Positions 46,113 to 56,508 of a stretch of DNA of 56,508 nt are shown piece by piece. How positions within the stretch are numbered: position 1 is the first letter of the stretch; the number at the start of each line of letters is the position of its first letter. Source of the stretch: Caulobacterales bacterium (GTDB taxonomy: Bacteria > Pseudomonadota > Alphaproteobacteria > Caulobacterales > Caulobacteraceae); NCBI GenBank assembly GCA_017307205.1, contig JAFKGN010000166.1, positions 1 to 56,508 of the forward strand, read 5' to 3'. The notes beneath the pieces were generated by a model. That model worked only from the letters and a program-made list of their open reading frames with translations. It was not told the DNA's origin and made no database searches. The position numbers and the translations under genes are program-made.

Positions 46113-47746
46113 CCGACGCGGCCGTCCCCGTTTCGAAAGCCGTCGCCTGGCGGCGTCGCGGCCTAGCGGTGCTCGCCGGCCTGCTGGCGGCTCTGGCCCA
46201 CCCGCCGTTCGGCATCCTGCCCGGCCTGCTGGCCTACGGCTGGCTGATGTACCTGTGGGACCGGCCGGACGCGCCGCGTCCGCTGCGCTCGGCCTTCCTG
46301 ACCGGCTGGCTGGCCGGTGTCGGCTATTTCGGCCTGGGCGTCTGGTGGGTGGCGGAGGCCTTCCTGGTGGACGCCGCCAATCAGGGATGGATGGCCCCGT
46401 TCGCCGTCGCCGCCCTGGCGGGCGGCCTGTCGCTGTTCTGGGGCGTGGCGGGCGTGATCTACCGCGCCCTGGCGCCCAAGGGGCCGCTGCGGGTGCTGGT
46501 CTTCGCCGGGGCCCTGGCCGGGATGGAGTGGCTGCGCGGCCATGTGCTGACCGGCTTCCCGTGGAATTTGCCGGGCGAGACCTGGGCGGCCGGCTCGGCC
46601 CCCTCGCAGGCGGCCGCCATGGTCGGCGCCTATGGCCTGACCTGGATCACCCTGGCCATCGCCGCGGGCCTGACCGTGGTGCTGGAGGGCGCGAAGGGCC
46701 GCAATGTCGCCCGCATCGCCGTCGCCGTGCTGGCCGGCCTGTATCTCGGCGGGAGCCTGATCCTGATGCGCCCGGCGCCCGAGGGCTCGGGCGTGACCGT
46801 GCGCATCGTGCAGCCGAACATCCCGCAGGAGAGCAAGTACGACGCCGCCGCCTTCAGCAGCATCGTCGACCGCTACCTGACCCTCACCGAGCGCCCTCCG
46901 CAGCAGAAGGGCGCCAAGGTCGCCGACGTGGTGATCTGGCCTGAAGGCGCCATTCCCGCCGCCGCCAACGACTACCTCGCGCCCGGGACCTGGACCCGCC
47001 GCGCCATCGCCGGCGCCCTGGGCCACAACCAGACCCTGCTGGTCGGCGCCTATCGCGTCGAGAGCGGCGGCGCCAAGGCCGACGTCTACTACAACAGCCT
47101 GATCGCCGTCGGCTGGGGTGAGGAGACGCTTGAGGTGAAGGGCGTCTATGACAAGCACCGCCTGGTGCCGGGCGGCGAGTTCCTGCCCTTTGACGCTCTG
47201 TGGGAGAAGCTGGGAATCAAGACCCTGGTCCACGTGGGGGACGGCTTCACCCCTGGGCCTCGACCGCAACCCCTGGTTCTCCCCGGCCTGCCGACGCTGC
47301 AACCTTTGATCTGTTACGAGAGCCTGTTCCCGGGGTTGGTGCAATCTGTCGCACCCGGCACCGGGGGCGCCGACGTGGGGACGCGGCCGCTTTGGATCGT
47401 CAACGTCTCAAACGACGCGTGGTTTGGGGCGACCTCAGGGCCGCTGCAGCATCTCAATCTGGCCAGCTATCGCGCAATCGAAGGGGGACTGCCGATGGTC
47501 CGGGCCACGCCTACGGGTGTGTCCGCCATGATCGACGCCCATGGGCGGACGATCGCTCGCCTCGAACCGGGTCAAGTCGGCGTCATTGACGCGGCCTTGC
47601 CGGCCGCCGGCGGGCCGACCCTCTTCTCGCGCATCGGCGATGCGGCCCTGGCCGTGATGCTGCTCATCTCCGCCGCCCTCACGGCGCCGGTTGTTCGCTT
47701 GAACGGCCGTCGCGGTGGCGCGTTGAAGCTTAGCAGGGAGGCGTAA
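46109..47746 (+). CDS. lnt: Apolipoprotein N-acyltransferase
   Basis: EWLRG...GFPWN, VQPNI, WPE, YDK..LVP.GE, ICYE and SNDAWF. Confidence 0.95.
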   Translation: MTDAAVPVSKAVAWRRRGLAVLAGLLAALAHPPFGILPGLLAYGWLMYLWDRPDAPRPLRSAFLTGWLAGVGYFGLGVWWVAEAFLVDAANQGWMAPFAVAALAGGLSLFWGVAGVIYRALAPKGPLRVLVFAGALAGMEWLRGHVLTGFPWNLPGETWAAGSAPSQAAAMVGAYGLTWITLAIAAGLTVVLEGAKGRNVARIAVAVLAGLYLGGSLILMRPAPEGSGVTVRIVQPNIPQESKYDAAAFSSIVDRYLTLTERPPQQKGAKVADVVIWPEGAIPAAANDYLAPGTWTRRAIAGALGHNQTLLVGAYRVESGGAKADVYYNSLIAVGWGEETLEVKGVYDKHRLVPGGEFLPFDALWEKLGIKTLVHVGDGFTPGPRPQPLVLPGLPTLQPLICYESLFPGLVQSVAPGTGGADVGTRPLWIVNVSNDAWFGATSGPLQHLNLASYRAIEGGLPMVRATPTGVSAMIDAHGRTIARLEPGQVGVIDAALPAAGGPTLFSRIGDAALAVMLLISAALTAPVVRLNGRRGGALKLSREA

Positions 47747-47786
47747 ACCACGCTTCTCCACGTCCCCGCCGCTTCTGCGGCGCTTT

Positions 47787-48203
47787 GTGAATGACGACGA
47801 GATGACTGCACCCCGCGACGGCGATCGATCCCCCAGCCCCATCGACATCGGGGTCGGCGGAAAAATCCGCGAGCGACGCAAGCTGATGAAGATCAGTCAG
47901 GAGCGCCTCGCAGACGTCCTCGGCCTCACCTTCCAGCAGGTTCAGAAGTACGAGCGCGGGGCCAACCGGGTCAGCGCCTCGAAGCTCTATGAGATCGCCG
48001 GCGCACTCGGCGTTCCGGTCGGCTATTTCTTCGCCGACCTGCCGAGCGGCGTGAGCCCGGCGGGGCCGACCGACAGCGACCTGCTGTCCAGCCCGGACAG
48101 CCGCGAACTGGCCGCTCTCTACGCCCGCATCACCCGCCCTCGCGTGCGTGAGCAGGTTCTGCAGCTGGTGCGGATGATGGCCGAGGACGAAGGCGTCGCT
48201 TGA
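47787..48203 (+). CDS. XRE-family helix-turn-helix regulator
   Basis: VG..IR.RR....SQE.LA..LGLTFQQVQKYERGANRVSAS.L. Confidence 0.92.
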   Translation: MNDDEMTAPRDGDRSPSPIDIGVGGKIRERRKLMKISQERLADVLGLTFQQVQKYERGANRVSASKLYEIAGALGVPVGYFFADLPSGVSPAGPTDSDLLSSPDSRELAALYARITRPRVREQVLQLVRMMAEDEGVA

Positions 48204-48235
48204 CGCCGGCCAGACAGCAGCCTCATCGCCAAACA

Positions 48236-48266
48236 AAAACGGGCGGACCGAAAGGTCCGCCCGTTT
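48236..48266. terminator. Bidirectional terminator between the XRE gene and pnp
   Basis: AAACGGGCGGACC-GAAA-GGTCCGCCCGTTT with an A run on the left (U tract for pnp). Confidence 0.88.
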
Positions 48267-48291
48267 CGCGTTCAGGGATCAGGCCTGAAGC

Positions 48292-50442
48292 TTAGGTGGT
48301 CACCGCGTCTTCCGGCGCGATGGCTTCCTGCTTCGACAGGTCTTCGCCGGTTTCCTGATCGACGACCTTCATCGACAGCTTGGTCTTGCCGCGATCGTCG
48401 AAGCCCAGGAACTTCACCTTCACCTGCTGGCCTTCGCTCAGCACGTCCTGCGGGCGAGCCACGCGTTCCTTGCTGATCTGGCTGACGTGGACGAGGCCGT
48501 CCTTGGCGCCGAAGAAGTTCACGAAGGCGCCGAAGTCGACGACCTTCACCACCTTGCCGGTGTAGATCGTGCCGACTTCCGGCTCAGAGGCGATCGACTT
48601 GATCCAGTCGACGGCGGCCTTGATCTTTTCGCCATCGCTGGCCGAGACCTTGACCACGCCGTCGTCGTTGATGTCGACCTTGGCGCCGGTGGTGGCGACG
48701 ATCTCGCGGATCACCTTGCCGCCGGTGCCGATCACTTCACGGATCTTGTCGGTGGGGATGGTGATGGTCTCGATCTTCGGGGCGAACTCGCCCACGTCGG
48801 CGCGGGGCGCTTCCATAGCCTTGTTCATCTCGCCGAGGATGTGGTCACGGCCGTCCTTCGCCTGGGCGAGGGCCTGCTTCATGATCTCGATGGTGATGCC
48901 CGAGATCTTGATGTCCATCTGCAGCGAGGTGATGCCTTCGCTGGTGCCGGCCACCTTGAAGTCCATGTCGCCGAGGTGATCCTCGTCGCCGAGGATGTCC
49001 GACAGAACGGCGAAGCCGTCCGACTCCAGGATCAGGCCCATGGCGATGCCCGAGACCGGACGAGCCAGCGGCACGCCGGCGTCCATCATGGCCAGGGACG
49101 AACCGCAGACCGTGGCCATCGAGGACGAGCCGTTGGACTCGGTGATCTCGGAAACCAGGCGGATCGTATAGGGGAAGTCTTCCTTGCTCGGCAGCATCGG
49201 GCGGATCGCCCGCCAGGCCAGCTTGCCGTGACCGATCTCGCGACGCCCCGGCGAGCCCATGCGGCCCGTCTCACCCACCGAGTAGGGGGGGAAGTTGTAG
49301 TGCAGCAGGAAGCTTTCTTTGTAGGTGCCTTCCAGGGCGTCGATGAACTGCTCGTCGTCGCCGGTGCCCAGGGTGGCGACCACGATCGCCTGGGTCTCGC
49401 CGCGGGTGAACAGGGCCGAGCCGTGGGTGCGCGGCAGGATGCCGACTTCACCGAGGATCGGACGCACGGTGCGCACGTCGCGACCGTCGATGCGCAGGCC
49501 GGTGTCGAGGATGCCGCGACGGACGACGTCCGCTTCCAGCTCCTTGAACACGCCGGCCAGCTTCAGCGGGTCAGCGCCGGCCGGATTGGTGTCCGACAGG
49601 CCAAGGGCGGCGATGGCCTTCTTCTTGGCCGCGCCAACCGCTTCGTAGCGGTCCTGCTTCTTTTGGATCTTGTAGGCCTCGGCGATGTCCTTGCCGACGA
49701 TGCCCTTCATCTCGGCCTTGATCGCGTCGGTGTCTTCCGGCGTGAAGTCGAAGGGCTCCTTGGCGGCGTGCTCGGCCAGTTCGATGATCGCATCGATCAC
49801 CGGCTGCATGCCCTCGTGAGCGAAGGCGATGCCGCCCAGGACGGTCGCTTCGTCCAGCTCCTGGATTTCAGACTCGACCATCATCACCGCTTCGGCGGTG
49901 CCGGCGATGACCAGGTCCATCTTGCTGTCCTTCAGCTCGTCGAGCGTCGGGTTCAGGACGTAGCCGCCATCGATGTAACCGACGCGCGCGGCGCCGATCG
50001 GACCCATGAACGGGGCGCCCGAGATCACCAGGGCGGCCGAGGCGGCGACCATGGCCAGGATGTCGGGATCGTTCTCAAGGTCGTGCTGCAGCACGGTGCA
50101 GACGACCTGGACTTCGTTCTTGAAGCCCTTGACGAACAGCGGGCGGATCGGGCGGTCGATCAGGCGGGAGACCAGGGTCTCCTTCTCGCTCGGACGGCCT
50201 TCACGCTTGAAGAAGCCGCCGGGGATCTTGCCGGCCGCAAAGGTCTTTTCCTGATAGTTGACCGTCAGCGGGAAGAAGTCCTGACCGGGCTTCTGTTGCT
50301 TGGCGAAGACGGCGGTGGCCAGAACGACGGTCTCGCCCAGGGTGGCGAGCACGGCGCCGTCGGCCTGACGGGCGATGCGACCGGTTTCGAGGGTCAGCGT
50401 CTTGCCGCCCCACTCAATGGTCTTCTTTTTGATATCGAACAT
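48292..50442 (-). CDS. pnp: Polyribonucleotide nucleotidyltransferase
   Basis: [44 protein letters not shown], plus KH and S1 domains. Confidence 0.98.
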   Translation of the reverse strand: MFDIKKKTIEWGGKTLTLETGRIARQADGAVLATLGETVVLATAVFAKQQKPGQDFFPLTVNYQEKTFAAGKIPGGFFKREGRPSEKETLVSRLIDRPIRPLFVKGFKNEVQVVCTVLQHDLENDPDILAMVAASAALVISGAPFMGPIGAARVGYIDGGYVLNPTLDELKDSKMDLVIAGTAEAVMMVESEIQELDEATVLGGIAFAHEGMQPVIDAIIELAEHAAKEPFDFTPEDTDAIKAEMKGIVGKDIAEAYKIQKKQDRYEAVGAAKKKAIAALGLSDTNPAGADPLKLAGVFKELEADVVRRGILDTGLRIDGRDVRTVRPILGEVGILPRTHGSALFTRGETQAIVVATLGTGDDEQFIDALEGTYKESFLLHYNFPPYSVGETGRMGSPGRREIGHGKLAWRAIRPMLPSKEDFPYTIRLVSEITESNGSSSMATVCGSSLAMMDAGVPLARPVSGIAMGLILESDGFAVLSDILGDEDHLGDMDFKVAGTSEGITSLQMDIKISGITIEIMKQALAQAKDGRDHILGEMNKAMEAPRADVGEFAPKIETITIPTDKIREVIGTGGKVIREIVATTGAKVDINDDGVVKVSASDGEKIKAAVDWIKSIASEPEVGTIYTGKVVKVVDFGAFVNFFGAKDGLVHVSQISKERVARPQDVLSEGQQVKVKFLGFDDRGKTKLSMKVVDQETGEDLSKQEAIAPEDAVTT

Positions 50443-50648
50443 TTTTCTTCTTTCGGTTCCGGCGGGCGAATTCCCGGCGGGGCGTGGACGGGGCGAAACG
50501 GCTGGGTTCAGCGGATCCGGTGATCCTCGGTCCATCGGCAGATTTGTGAGGGCTTGGTCGCCATCAACGGGCAGCCTTTTCGCACGTCGCGAAAGGCCGC
50601 ACCACCGCGCCCCCGTCTGCCGGAGGACGCGGTGGGCAGGACTTCGAC

Positions 50649-50918
50649 CTAGCGGCGCAGGCCGAGGGTCGAGATCAGCGCCTGATAACGCTCAGGAGCC
50701 GACTTGTTCAGGTGGTCGAGCAGCGAACGACGCTGCGAAACCAGCTTCAGAAGGCCACGACGCGAGTGGTTGTCCTTCTTGTGGGTCTTGAAGTGCTCGG
50801 TGAGGTTGGCGATCCGTTCAGAGAGGATCGCGACCTGCACTTCGGCGCTTCCGGTGTCACCCGCGCTGCGGGCGTGGGTGGTGATGAGTTCGGCCTTGCG
50901 GTCCGGCGTGATCGACAT
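50649..50918 (-). CDS. rpsO: 30S ribosomal protein S15
   Basis: [12 protein letters not shown] and [19 protein letters not shown]. Confidence 0.98.
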   Translation of the reverse strand: MSITPDRKAELITTHARSAGDTGSAEVQVAILSERIANLTEHFKTHKKDNHSRRGLLKLVSQRRSLLDHLNKSAPERYQALISTLGLRR

Positions 50919-50933
50919 CGGTCATGTCTCCGC

Positions 50934-51863
50934 TCAGGTGAGATTGAAGACCCGCACGGGATTGAGCCGTCCCGCGCGCATCTCGCACAGGGCCGTCAAC
51001 CTGCCGTTCGCCATGGCCGAAACAGTTCTCGCATCACCCGAAAGACGGGCGGAGAGCGTTTCGACATCGCGAGGAAGCAGGACGATGGAGCGTCCCTGCA
51101 CTAGCAGGAGGGCGTCATCTTCGGTGATGGCCAGTGCCGGGATGTCGTCCAGCGCGGTCTCAACCGGAAGCAAACCCTCCAGAGCGCGGGCCTTATGCCT
51201 CAAATCTTCCAGCGTTTCCAGTGATATCGCCGAGGCTTCGGTAAACGACCCGACCCTCGTGCGGCGCAGGACGCTGACGTGGCCGCAGGCTCCGAGCGCG
51301 GCCGCGAGGTCGCGGGCGAGAGAACGCACGTAGGTGCCCTTGCCGCAGTCGACTTCGAAAGTCGCCGCGTCCGGCTCGACCTCTACGAGACGCAGGGCGT
51401 CGATGCGCACCGGGCGCGGCGCGAGCTCGACCGCCTCGCCGGCGCGGGCGAGGTCGTAGGCGCGCTCGCCGTCGACCTTGATGGCGGAGTAGGCCGGCGG
51501 CGCCTGCAGGATTTCGCCGATGAAGGCGGGGATCGCCGCCTCGATGGCGTCACGCGTCGGGCGCACGTCCGAGGTCTCGGTCACCGCGCCCTCGCGGTCG
51601 AGGGTGGTGGTGGTCTCGCCCCAGGCGACGGTGAAGCGATAGCTTTTGGCGGCGTCCATCATGAAGGCGACGGTCTTGGTCGCCTCGCCCAGCGCGATGG
51701 GCAGGATGCCGGTAGCCAGGGGGTCGAGGGTGCCGGCGTGGCCGGCCTTCTGGGCGTCGTACAGCCAGCGCAGCTTGCCGACGGCCTGGGTCGAGCCCAT
51801 GCCCAGCGGCTTGTCGAAGCAGACCCAGCCGTTGACGGCCTGGCCCTTACGCTTCCTCGCCAT
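50934..51863 (-). CDS. truB: tRNA pseudouridine(55) synthase
   Basis: [22 protein letters not shown] and [13 protein letters not shown]. Confidence 0.97.
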   Translation of the reverse strand: MARKRKGQAVNGWVCFDKPLGMGSTQAVGKLRWLYDAQKAGHAGTLDPLATGILPIALGEATKTVAFMMDAAKSYRFTVAWGETTTTLDREGAVTETSDVRPTRDAIEAAIPAFIGEILQAPPAYSAIKVDGERAYDLARAGEAVELAPRPVRIDALRLVEVEPDAATFEVDCGKGTYVRSLARDLAAALGACGHVSVLRRTRVGSFTEASAISLETLEDLRHKARALEGLLPVETALDDIPALAITEDDALLLVQGRSIVLLPRDVETLSARLSGDARTVSAMANGRLTALCEMRAGRLNPVRVFNLT

Positions 51864-52269
51864 CGTCGTCCTGTTCGAGATCCTGGCGCACGCGCGGGTC
51901 GTCGAACAGCTTGGCCATCCGGTCGACCTCGTCGAAGCTCTCGTCGTGGCGGAACTTCAGGTCGGGGGTGAACTTCATGTCGATCACCCGGCCGAGGCGG
52001 CCGCGCAGGAACTTGGAGGCGCGGGTCAGCCCTTCGACCACCTCCTGCGCGTTGCCGCCGCCGAGCGGCTCGACATAGGCGGTGGCGTGCCGCAGGTCCG
52101 GGCTCATCCGCACCTGGGAGATGGTCACCGAAACCCCGACCAGGGCCGGTTCGGCGAACTCCTCTTCGCGCAGGATGTCGACCAGCGCATGGCGCACCAG
52201 CTCGCCGGCGCGCAGCTGACGCTGGCTGAGGGGCGCAGGTTCGCCGCGATTGTTGGACTTGTGCTTCAT
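51847..52269 (-). CDS. rbfA: Ribosome-binding factor A
   Basis: [20 protein letters not shown] and KFTPDLKF..D. Confidence 0.95.
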   Translation of the reverse strand: MKHKSNNRGEPAPLSQRQLRAGELVRHALVDILREEEFAEPALVGVSVTISQVRMSPDLRHATAYVEPLGGGNAQEVVEGLTRASKFLRGRLGRVIDMKFTPDLKFRHDESFDEVDRMAKLFDDPRVRQDLEQDDDGEEA

Positions 52270-52310
52270 GAGGGGCGGGCTTCTAGCGCCGGAGGCGCTT
52301 GGAGTCCATG

Positions 52311-52877
52311 TCAGAAGCCGGCGCCCTGCAGGCCCGCGCCGTCGAGCGGGTCATCCATCGGGTCCGGCGCGCCTCGGCCGGGCAGTTTCCACTCGCCCTT
52401 GAAGTCGAAGGTCATGCGCGAGCAGACGCGGACGGCGTCCTTGGCCTTGGGGTCGTCGCCGATCGCCACGACGGGCAGCGGCTGGCTGTAGCCGAAGCGG
52501 GGAATGGCCATCCACAGCCTGGTCGAGCCGGGACACCAGGCGCGGATGAACACCCGGCCCTGGCCACGCGCCGCGTCGACCTCATAGATCTCGCCGTCGA
52601 TCGGCTCGCCGCCGAGCGCGGCGCGCCCGCCCTTGCCCAGCACCTTGTCGCCCGCCGGCTTGAGCCAGGCCTGGGCCGAGACGGCGGTGGCCATCACCCT
52701 CTTGGCGCGGGTGCGCATCATCGAGCGTTCGAAGATGAAGGTCAGGCCGCGGCCGGTCAGGCGCTTGGCCTCCGGAGAAGCCGGGTCATAGGAATACATC
52801 TTGTCAGCCGCCAAGGCGGCGACGGGCGAGGCGAGCGTCAGAGCGACGGCGGCGAGAACGGCGAAACGGTCGAACAT
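52311..52877 (-). CDS. Exported hypothetical protein
   Basis: Signal peptide (ALA-AD), two cysteines and native codon usage. Confidence 0.7.
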   Translation of the reverse strand: MFDRFAVLAAVALTLASPVAALAADKMYSYDPASPEAKRLTGRGLTFIFERSMMRTRAKRVMATAVSAQAWLKPAGDKVLGKGGRAALGGEPIDGEIYEVDAARGQGRVFIRAWCPGSTRLWMAIPRFGYSQPLPVVAIGDDPKAKDAVRVCSRMTFDFKGEWKLPGRGAPDPMDDPLDGAGLQGAGF

Positions 52878-52882
52878 CGCGG

Positions 52883-53392
52883 CTATCGCAGCCCCAGCAT
52901 GGCCGGGTCGCCGTCGAAGCTGACCAGCCGCCAGACGCCGTCCTCCAGGGCGAAGGTCAGCAGGCAGGGGCCGTCCTTGGCGCGCTTGGCGCAGACGCGG
53001 CCGCCGCCGGCCGGCTGCAGAGCGCCGGCGATGGCCATGCGGCCGGGGATCGGTTTGTCCGGCGTGTAGCCGTAGTAGGCCGCGGCGGTGCGGAACACGC
53101 GCGGCCGCAGCAGCGCCTCGCCCGCGAGGTCGGCCGCCGGCCCGGCGAGGAAGACCCCGAGCGCCCGCATGCTGTCGTTGGTGTTGGCGCCGCGCGCGCG
53201 GTTGATCAGCTGCGATTCCAGCTGGCGCTTGAGCGCCTCCTTGTCGACCCGGGCGTCGAAGGACGCCTGATCGTCGTCGCGGATGGCGATCAGCAGGGCG
53301 TGGACGTCGCCGGCCGCGTCGACGCGGTTGACCGTCGTGCAGGCGCCGACAAGCAGCGAGAGGGCGATGGCGGCGATCGTCAGCTTGCGCAT
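52883..53392 (-). CDS. Lipoprotein, DUF2939-like
   Basis: Lipobox VGA-C; AIR..D...FD..VD..AL..QL and a C-terminal WRLV. Confidence 0.7.
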   Translation of the reverse strand: MRKLTIAAIALSLLVGACTTVNRVDAAGDVHALLIAIRDDDQASFDARVDKEALKRQLESQLINRARGANTNDSMRALGVFLAGPAADLAGEALLRPRVFRTAAAYYGYTPDKPIPGRMAIAGALQPAGGGRVCAKRAKDGPCLLTFALEDGVWRLVSFDGDPAMLGLR

Positions 53393-53515
53393 TCGACGGG
53401 CTCTATGGGCGGAAGGCGGCCTAAGTTGGGCCGGACCTTAGCCGTGGACGGCGGATACGGAAACGCCCGCGCGGTCTCCCGCGCGGGCGTCCCGAACTTC
53501 AGGATCAGGCGGGCT

Positions 53516-56000
53516 CTAGGCGAGCTGGCGCTTGATCTCCTCGACGGTGAAGCACTCGATCTCGTCGCCTTCCCGGATGTCCTGGAAGCCGGCGAAGGCC
53601 ATGCCGCACTCCTGACCGGAGGGCACTTCGTTGACCTCATCCTTGAAGCGCTTGAGCGTCTGCAGGGTGCCGAGTTCGAGCACGACGATGCCGTCGCGCA
53701 CGATCCGGACCTTGGCGCCCTTGCGGACCACGCCCTCGAGCACCCGGCAGCCGGCGACCTTGCCGACCTTCGAGATGTCGAAAGCCTGCAGGACCTTGGC
53801 GTTGCCGAGGAAGGTTTCGCGCTGGATCGGAGCCAGCATGCCCGAGAGCACGCCTTTGATGTCGTCCAGCAGGTCATAGATGATCGCGTAGTAGCGGATC
53901 TCGACACCTTCGCGCTCGGCCAGGGCCCGCGCCTGGGCCGAGGCCCGGACGTTGAAGCCGATGATCGGCGCGCCGGCGCCCTTGGCCAGCTGCACGTCGC
54001 TTTCGCTGATAGCCCCGGCGCCCGACAGGATGATGCGCGCGCGCACCTCGTCGGTGGCCATCTTGTCGAGCGAGCCGACGATGGCTTCGGCCGAGCCCTG
54101 CACGTCGGCCTTGAGGACCAGCGGCAGTTCCGAGACCTTCTTGGCCGAGAGCTTGGCCATGATGTCGGTCATCGAGGCGCCGGCCGACGGCGCGAGGTTC
54201 TTCTCGCGCTTCACCCGCAGGCGGTACTCGGTGAGCTCACGGGCGCGGGCTTCGTCTTCCACCACGGCCAGGAGGTCGCCCGGCGACGGCGTGCCGTCGA
54301 GGCCGAGGATCTCGACCGGGGTCGACGGACCGGCTTCGGTCAGCTGTTCGCCGCGCTCGTTGAGCAGGGCGCGCACCCGGCCCCATTGGGCGCCGGCCAC
54401 GACGATGTCGCCACGCTTCAAGGTCCCGCGATTGACCAGCACGGTGGAGACCGCGCCGCGGCCCTTGTCGAGCTTGGCTTCGATGACCACGCCTTCGCCG
54501 GTGCGATCCGGGTTGGCCTTCAGGTCAAGGACTTCGGCCTGCAGCAGGATGCGCTCGATCAGTTCGTCCAGGCCCTGGCCAGTCTTGGCCGAGACTTCGA
54601 CGAGCTGGGTGTCGCCGCCCAGGCTTTCGACCACAATCTCGTGCTGCAGCAGCTCGTTGATCACCCGCGTCGGATCGGCGCCGGGCTTGTCCATCTTGTT
54701 GACGGCCACGATCAGCGGAACATTGGCCGCCTTGGCGTGCTGGATGGCCTCGATCGTCTGAGGCATCACGCCGTCGTCGGCCGCCACCACCAGCACCACG
54801 ATGTCGGTGATGTTGGCGCCGCGGGCGCGCATGGCGCTGAACGCCGCGTGGCCCGGGGTGTCGAGGAAGGTGACCTTCTGGCCGTCTTCCAGCCGCACCT
54901 GATAGGCGCCGATGTGCTGGGTGATCCCGCCGTGCTCGCCGCCGGCCACGTCGGCCTTGCGCAGCGCGTCCAGCAGGCTGGTCTTGCCGTGGTCGACGTG
55001 ACCCATGACGGTGACCACCGGGGGACGGGTCTCCAGGTGATCGTCGTGGTCCTGCTCTTCACTGATGAAGCCGGTTTCGACGTCGCTTTCCGAGACGCGC
55101 TTCACGGTCATGCCGAATTCGGCGGCGACCAGTTCGGCCGTGTCGCTGTCGATCACGTCGTTGATCTTCAGCATCACGCCCTGACGCATCAGGAACTTGA
55201 TGATGTCGACGCCGCGCACCGCCATCCGGTTGGACAGCTCCTGCACGGTGATGACGTCCGGGATGACCACTTCACGGGCCGCGCGGGCCTGTTCGGCGGT
55301 GCCGCCCTTACGCTTTTCCTTCTCCCGCTCGCGGGCGCGGCGCACCGAGGCGAGCGAGCGCATGCGCTCGGCGCTGTCCTCGTCACCGGCCACGGCCTGG
55401 ATGGTCAGGCGGCCCTGGCGGCGGATCGGCTCGCCGCGGGTGCGGGAGACGGCCTTGCCGGGGACGGCGGCCTTGGGCCCGCCGCGACGCGCGTCTTCCT
55501 CATCGGGACGACGGTCGAGGTTGGCCGAGCCGGGGCGCGGCGCCTGGCGCGTGGCGCGCTGGATTTCGGGACCAGCCGGAGCGGCGGGCGGCGGACGGCC
55601 GGCACCGGGGCGCGGACCGCCCGGACGGGCGCCATCGCGCGGACCGGCGGGACGCGGGCTGAGCGCCGAGTAGCGGACGGTGCCGCCGCCTTCGGGACGC
55701 CCGGCGCCGCCCTGCGGACGGTCACCCGCGCCGCGATAGACATTGCCTTCGCGCGGCGGACGATCGCCACGGTCCTCGCGCGGACGGCCTTGGTAGCCGC
55801 CGCCGGCGCCGCCTTCCGGACGCGGACCGCGTTCGAAGCGCTCGCCACCCTCGCGCGGGGCGCGCTGGTTGTACGGACCGCTGTTTTGCGGGCGGTCCGG
55901 GCGATAGGTCGTGGTGGTCGGCCGGTCGTCGCGACGTTCGCGGCTCGGCTCGTAGGTGCGGGTCTGGCCGGCGCCCTGCGGCGGCCGGGGCAGGCCCTCA
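53516..56000 (-). CDS. infB: Translation initiation factor IF-2, N-terminally truncated at the junction
   Basis: [27 protein letters not shown] and ECG. The Pro/Arg/Gly-rich N-region runs into parB sequence with no native start. Confidence 0.95.
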
Positions 56001-56508
56001 GGCCCTGAGCTTCCGGCAAAGATCGTCGAGTTGTTCCAGCGACTTGTAGGCAATCCGCACCTCCCCGCCGTCGCCCTTGTGCGAAAGCGTCACGGAAAGG
56101 CCGGTGGCGTCGCAGAGCTGCTTCTCCAGGGCGACGGTATCGGCGTCTTTCGGCTGTTTCCTGACGCCGGAGGGTTCCCTTGAACCGGCCGGCATCTGCG
56201 CCAGGGCTTCCGCCTGACGGACGGAAAGCCCGCCCTGGACGATCTTCCGGGCCAGGACGACAGGATCCTCCGCCGTCACCAGCGTGCGCGCGTGCCCCGC
56301 CGAAAGATGGCCGTCGACCAGCATGTCCCGGATGGCTTGCGGCAGCTTCAGGAGCCGCAACGTGTTGGCGACATGGCTGCGGCTCTTCCCGATCACCTGG
56401 CCGAGATCCGCCTGCGTGTAGCTGTGCTCGTCGATGAGCTGCTGATAGCCCATCGCTTCCTCGACGGGATTGAGATCGGCGCGCTGCACGTTCTCGATGA
56501 TCGCCAGT
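55998..56508 (-). CDS. parB: ParB/Spo0J partition protein, 3' portion (open at window end)
   Basis: [42 protein letters not shown] and LSVRQAE; stop at 55998-56000. Confidence 0.93.
   Translation of the reverse strand, partial: LAIIENVQRADLNPVEEAMGYQQLIDEHSYTQADLGQVIGKSRSHVANTLRLLKLPQAIRDMLVDGHLSAGHARTLVTAEDPVVLARKIVQGGLSVRQAEALAQMPAGSREPSGVRKQPKDADTVALEKQLCDATGLSVTLSHKGDGGEVRIAYKSLEQLDDLCRKLRA

Noticed and set aside
55400-55990. Repetitive GC-rich stretch as a repeat array
   Set aside because: It encodes the natural Pro/Arg/Gly low-complexity N-terminal region of IF-2.

Overview
A GC-rich alphaproteobacterial core-genome segment, most likely Caulobacteraceae (Caulobacter/Phenylobacterium-like, judged from protein resemblance and gene order). 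It carries ptsN-hpf-exoD-rpoN, fabI, dut, ubiB-ubiE, mutM, rpsT, dnaA, alkB, dnaK-dnaJ, mutS, glnD, murJ, trpS, nfu, tsaB-rimI-fur-miaB-phoH-ybeY-corC-lnt and pnp-rpsO-truB-rbfA-infB. Both ends look chimeric: a soxC fragment is fused into a porin gene at about 219-234, and a parB 3' end is fused into the infB 5' region at about 56000. The main accessory features are: (1) a lower-GC SocA/SocB-like toxin-antitoxin pair, bracketed by a decayed ~97-bp duplicate of the nfu gene start (likely integration scar); (2) two perfect alphaproteobacterial LexA boxes (GTTC-N7-GTTC), one before a lipoprotein with a pyocin/nuclease-toxin-like domain and one before an orphan gene upstream of mutS; (3) a single-gene GH18-deacetylase-GT2 polysaccharide enzyme; (4) two ROSE-like thermometers in an hsp20-DUF1150 operon; (5) a nested palindromic element between mutS and glnD. 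No rRNA, tRNA, CRISPR array, transposase or integrase was recognised. All family assignments come from motif recognition by eye, not database searches.
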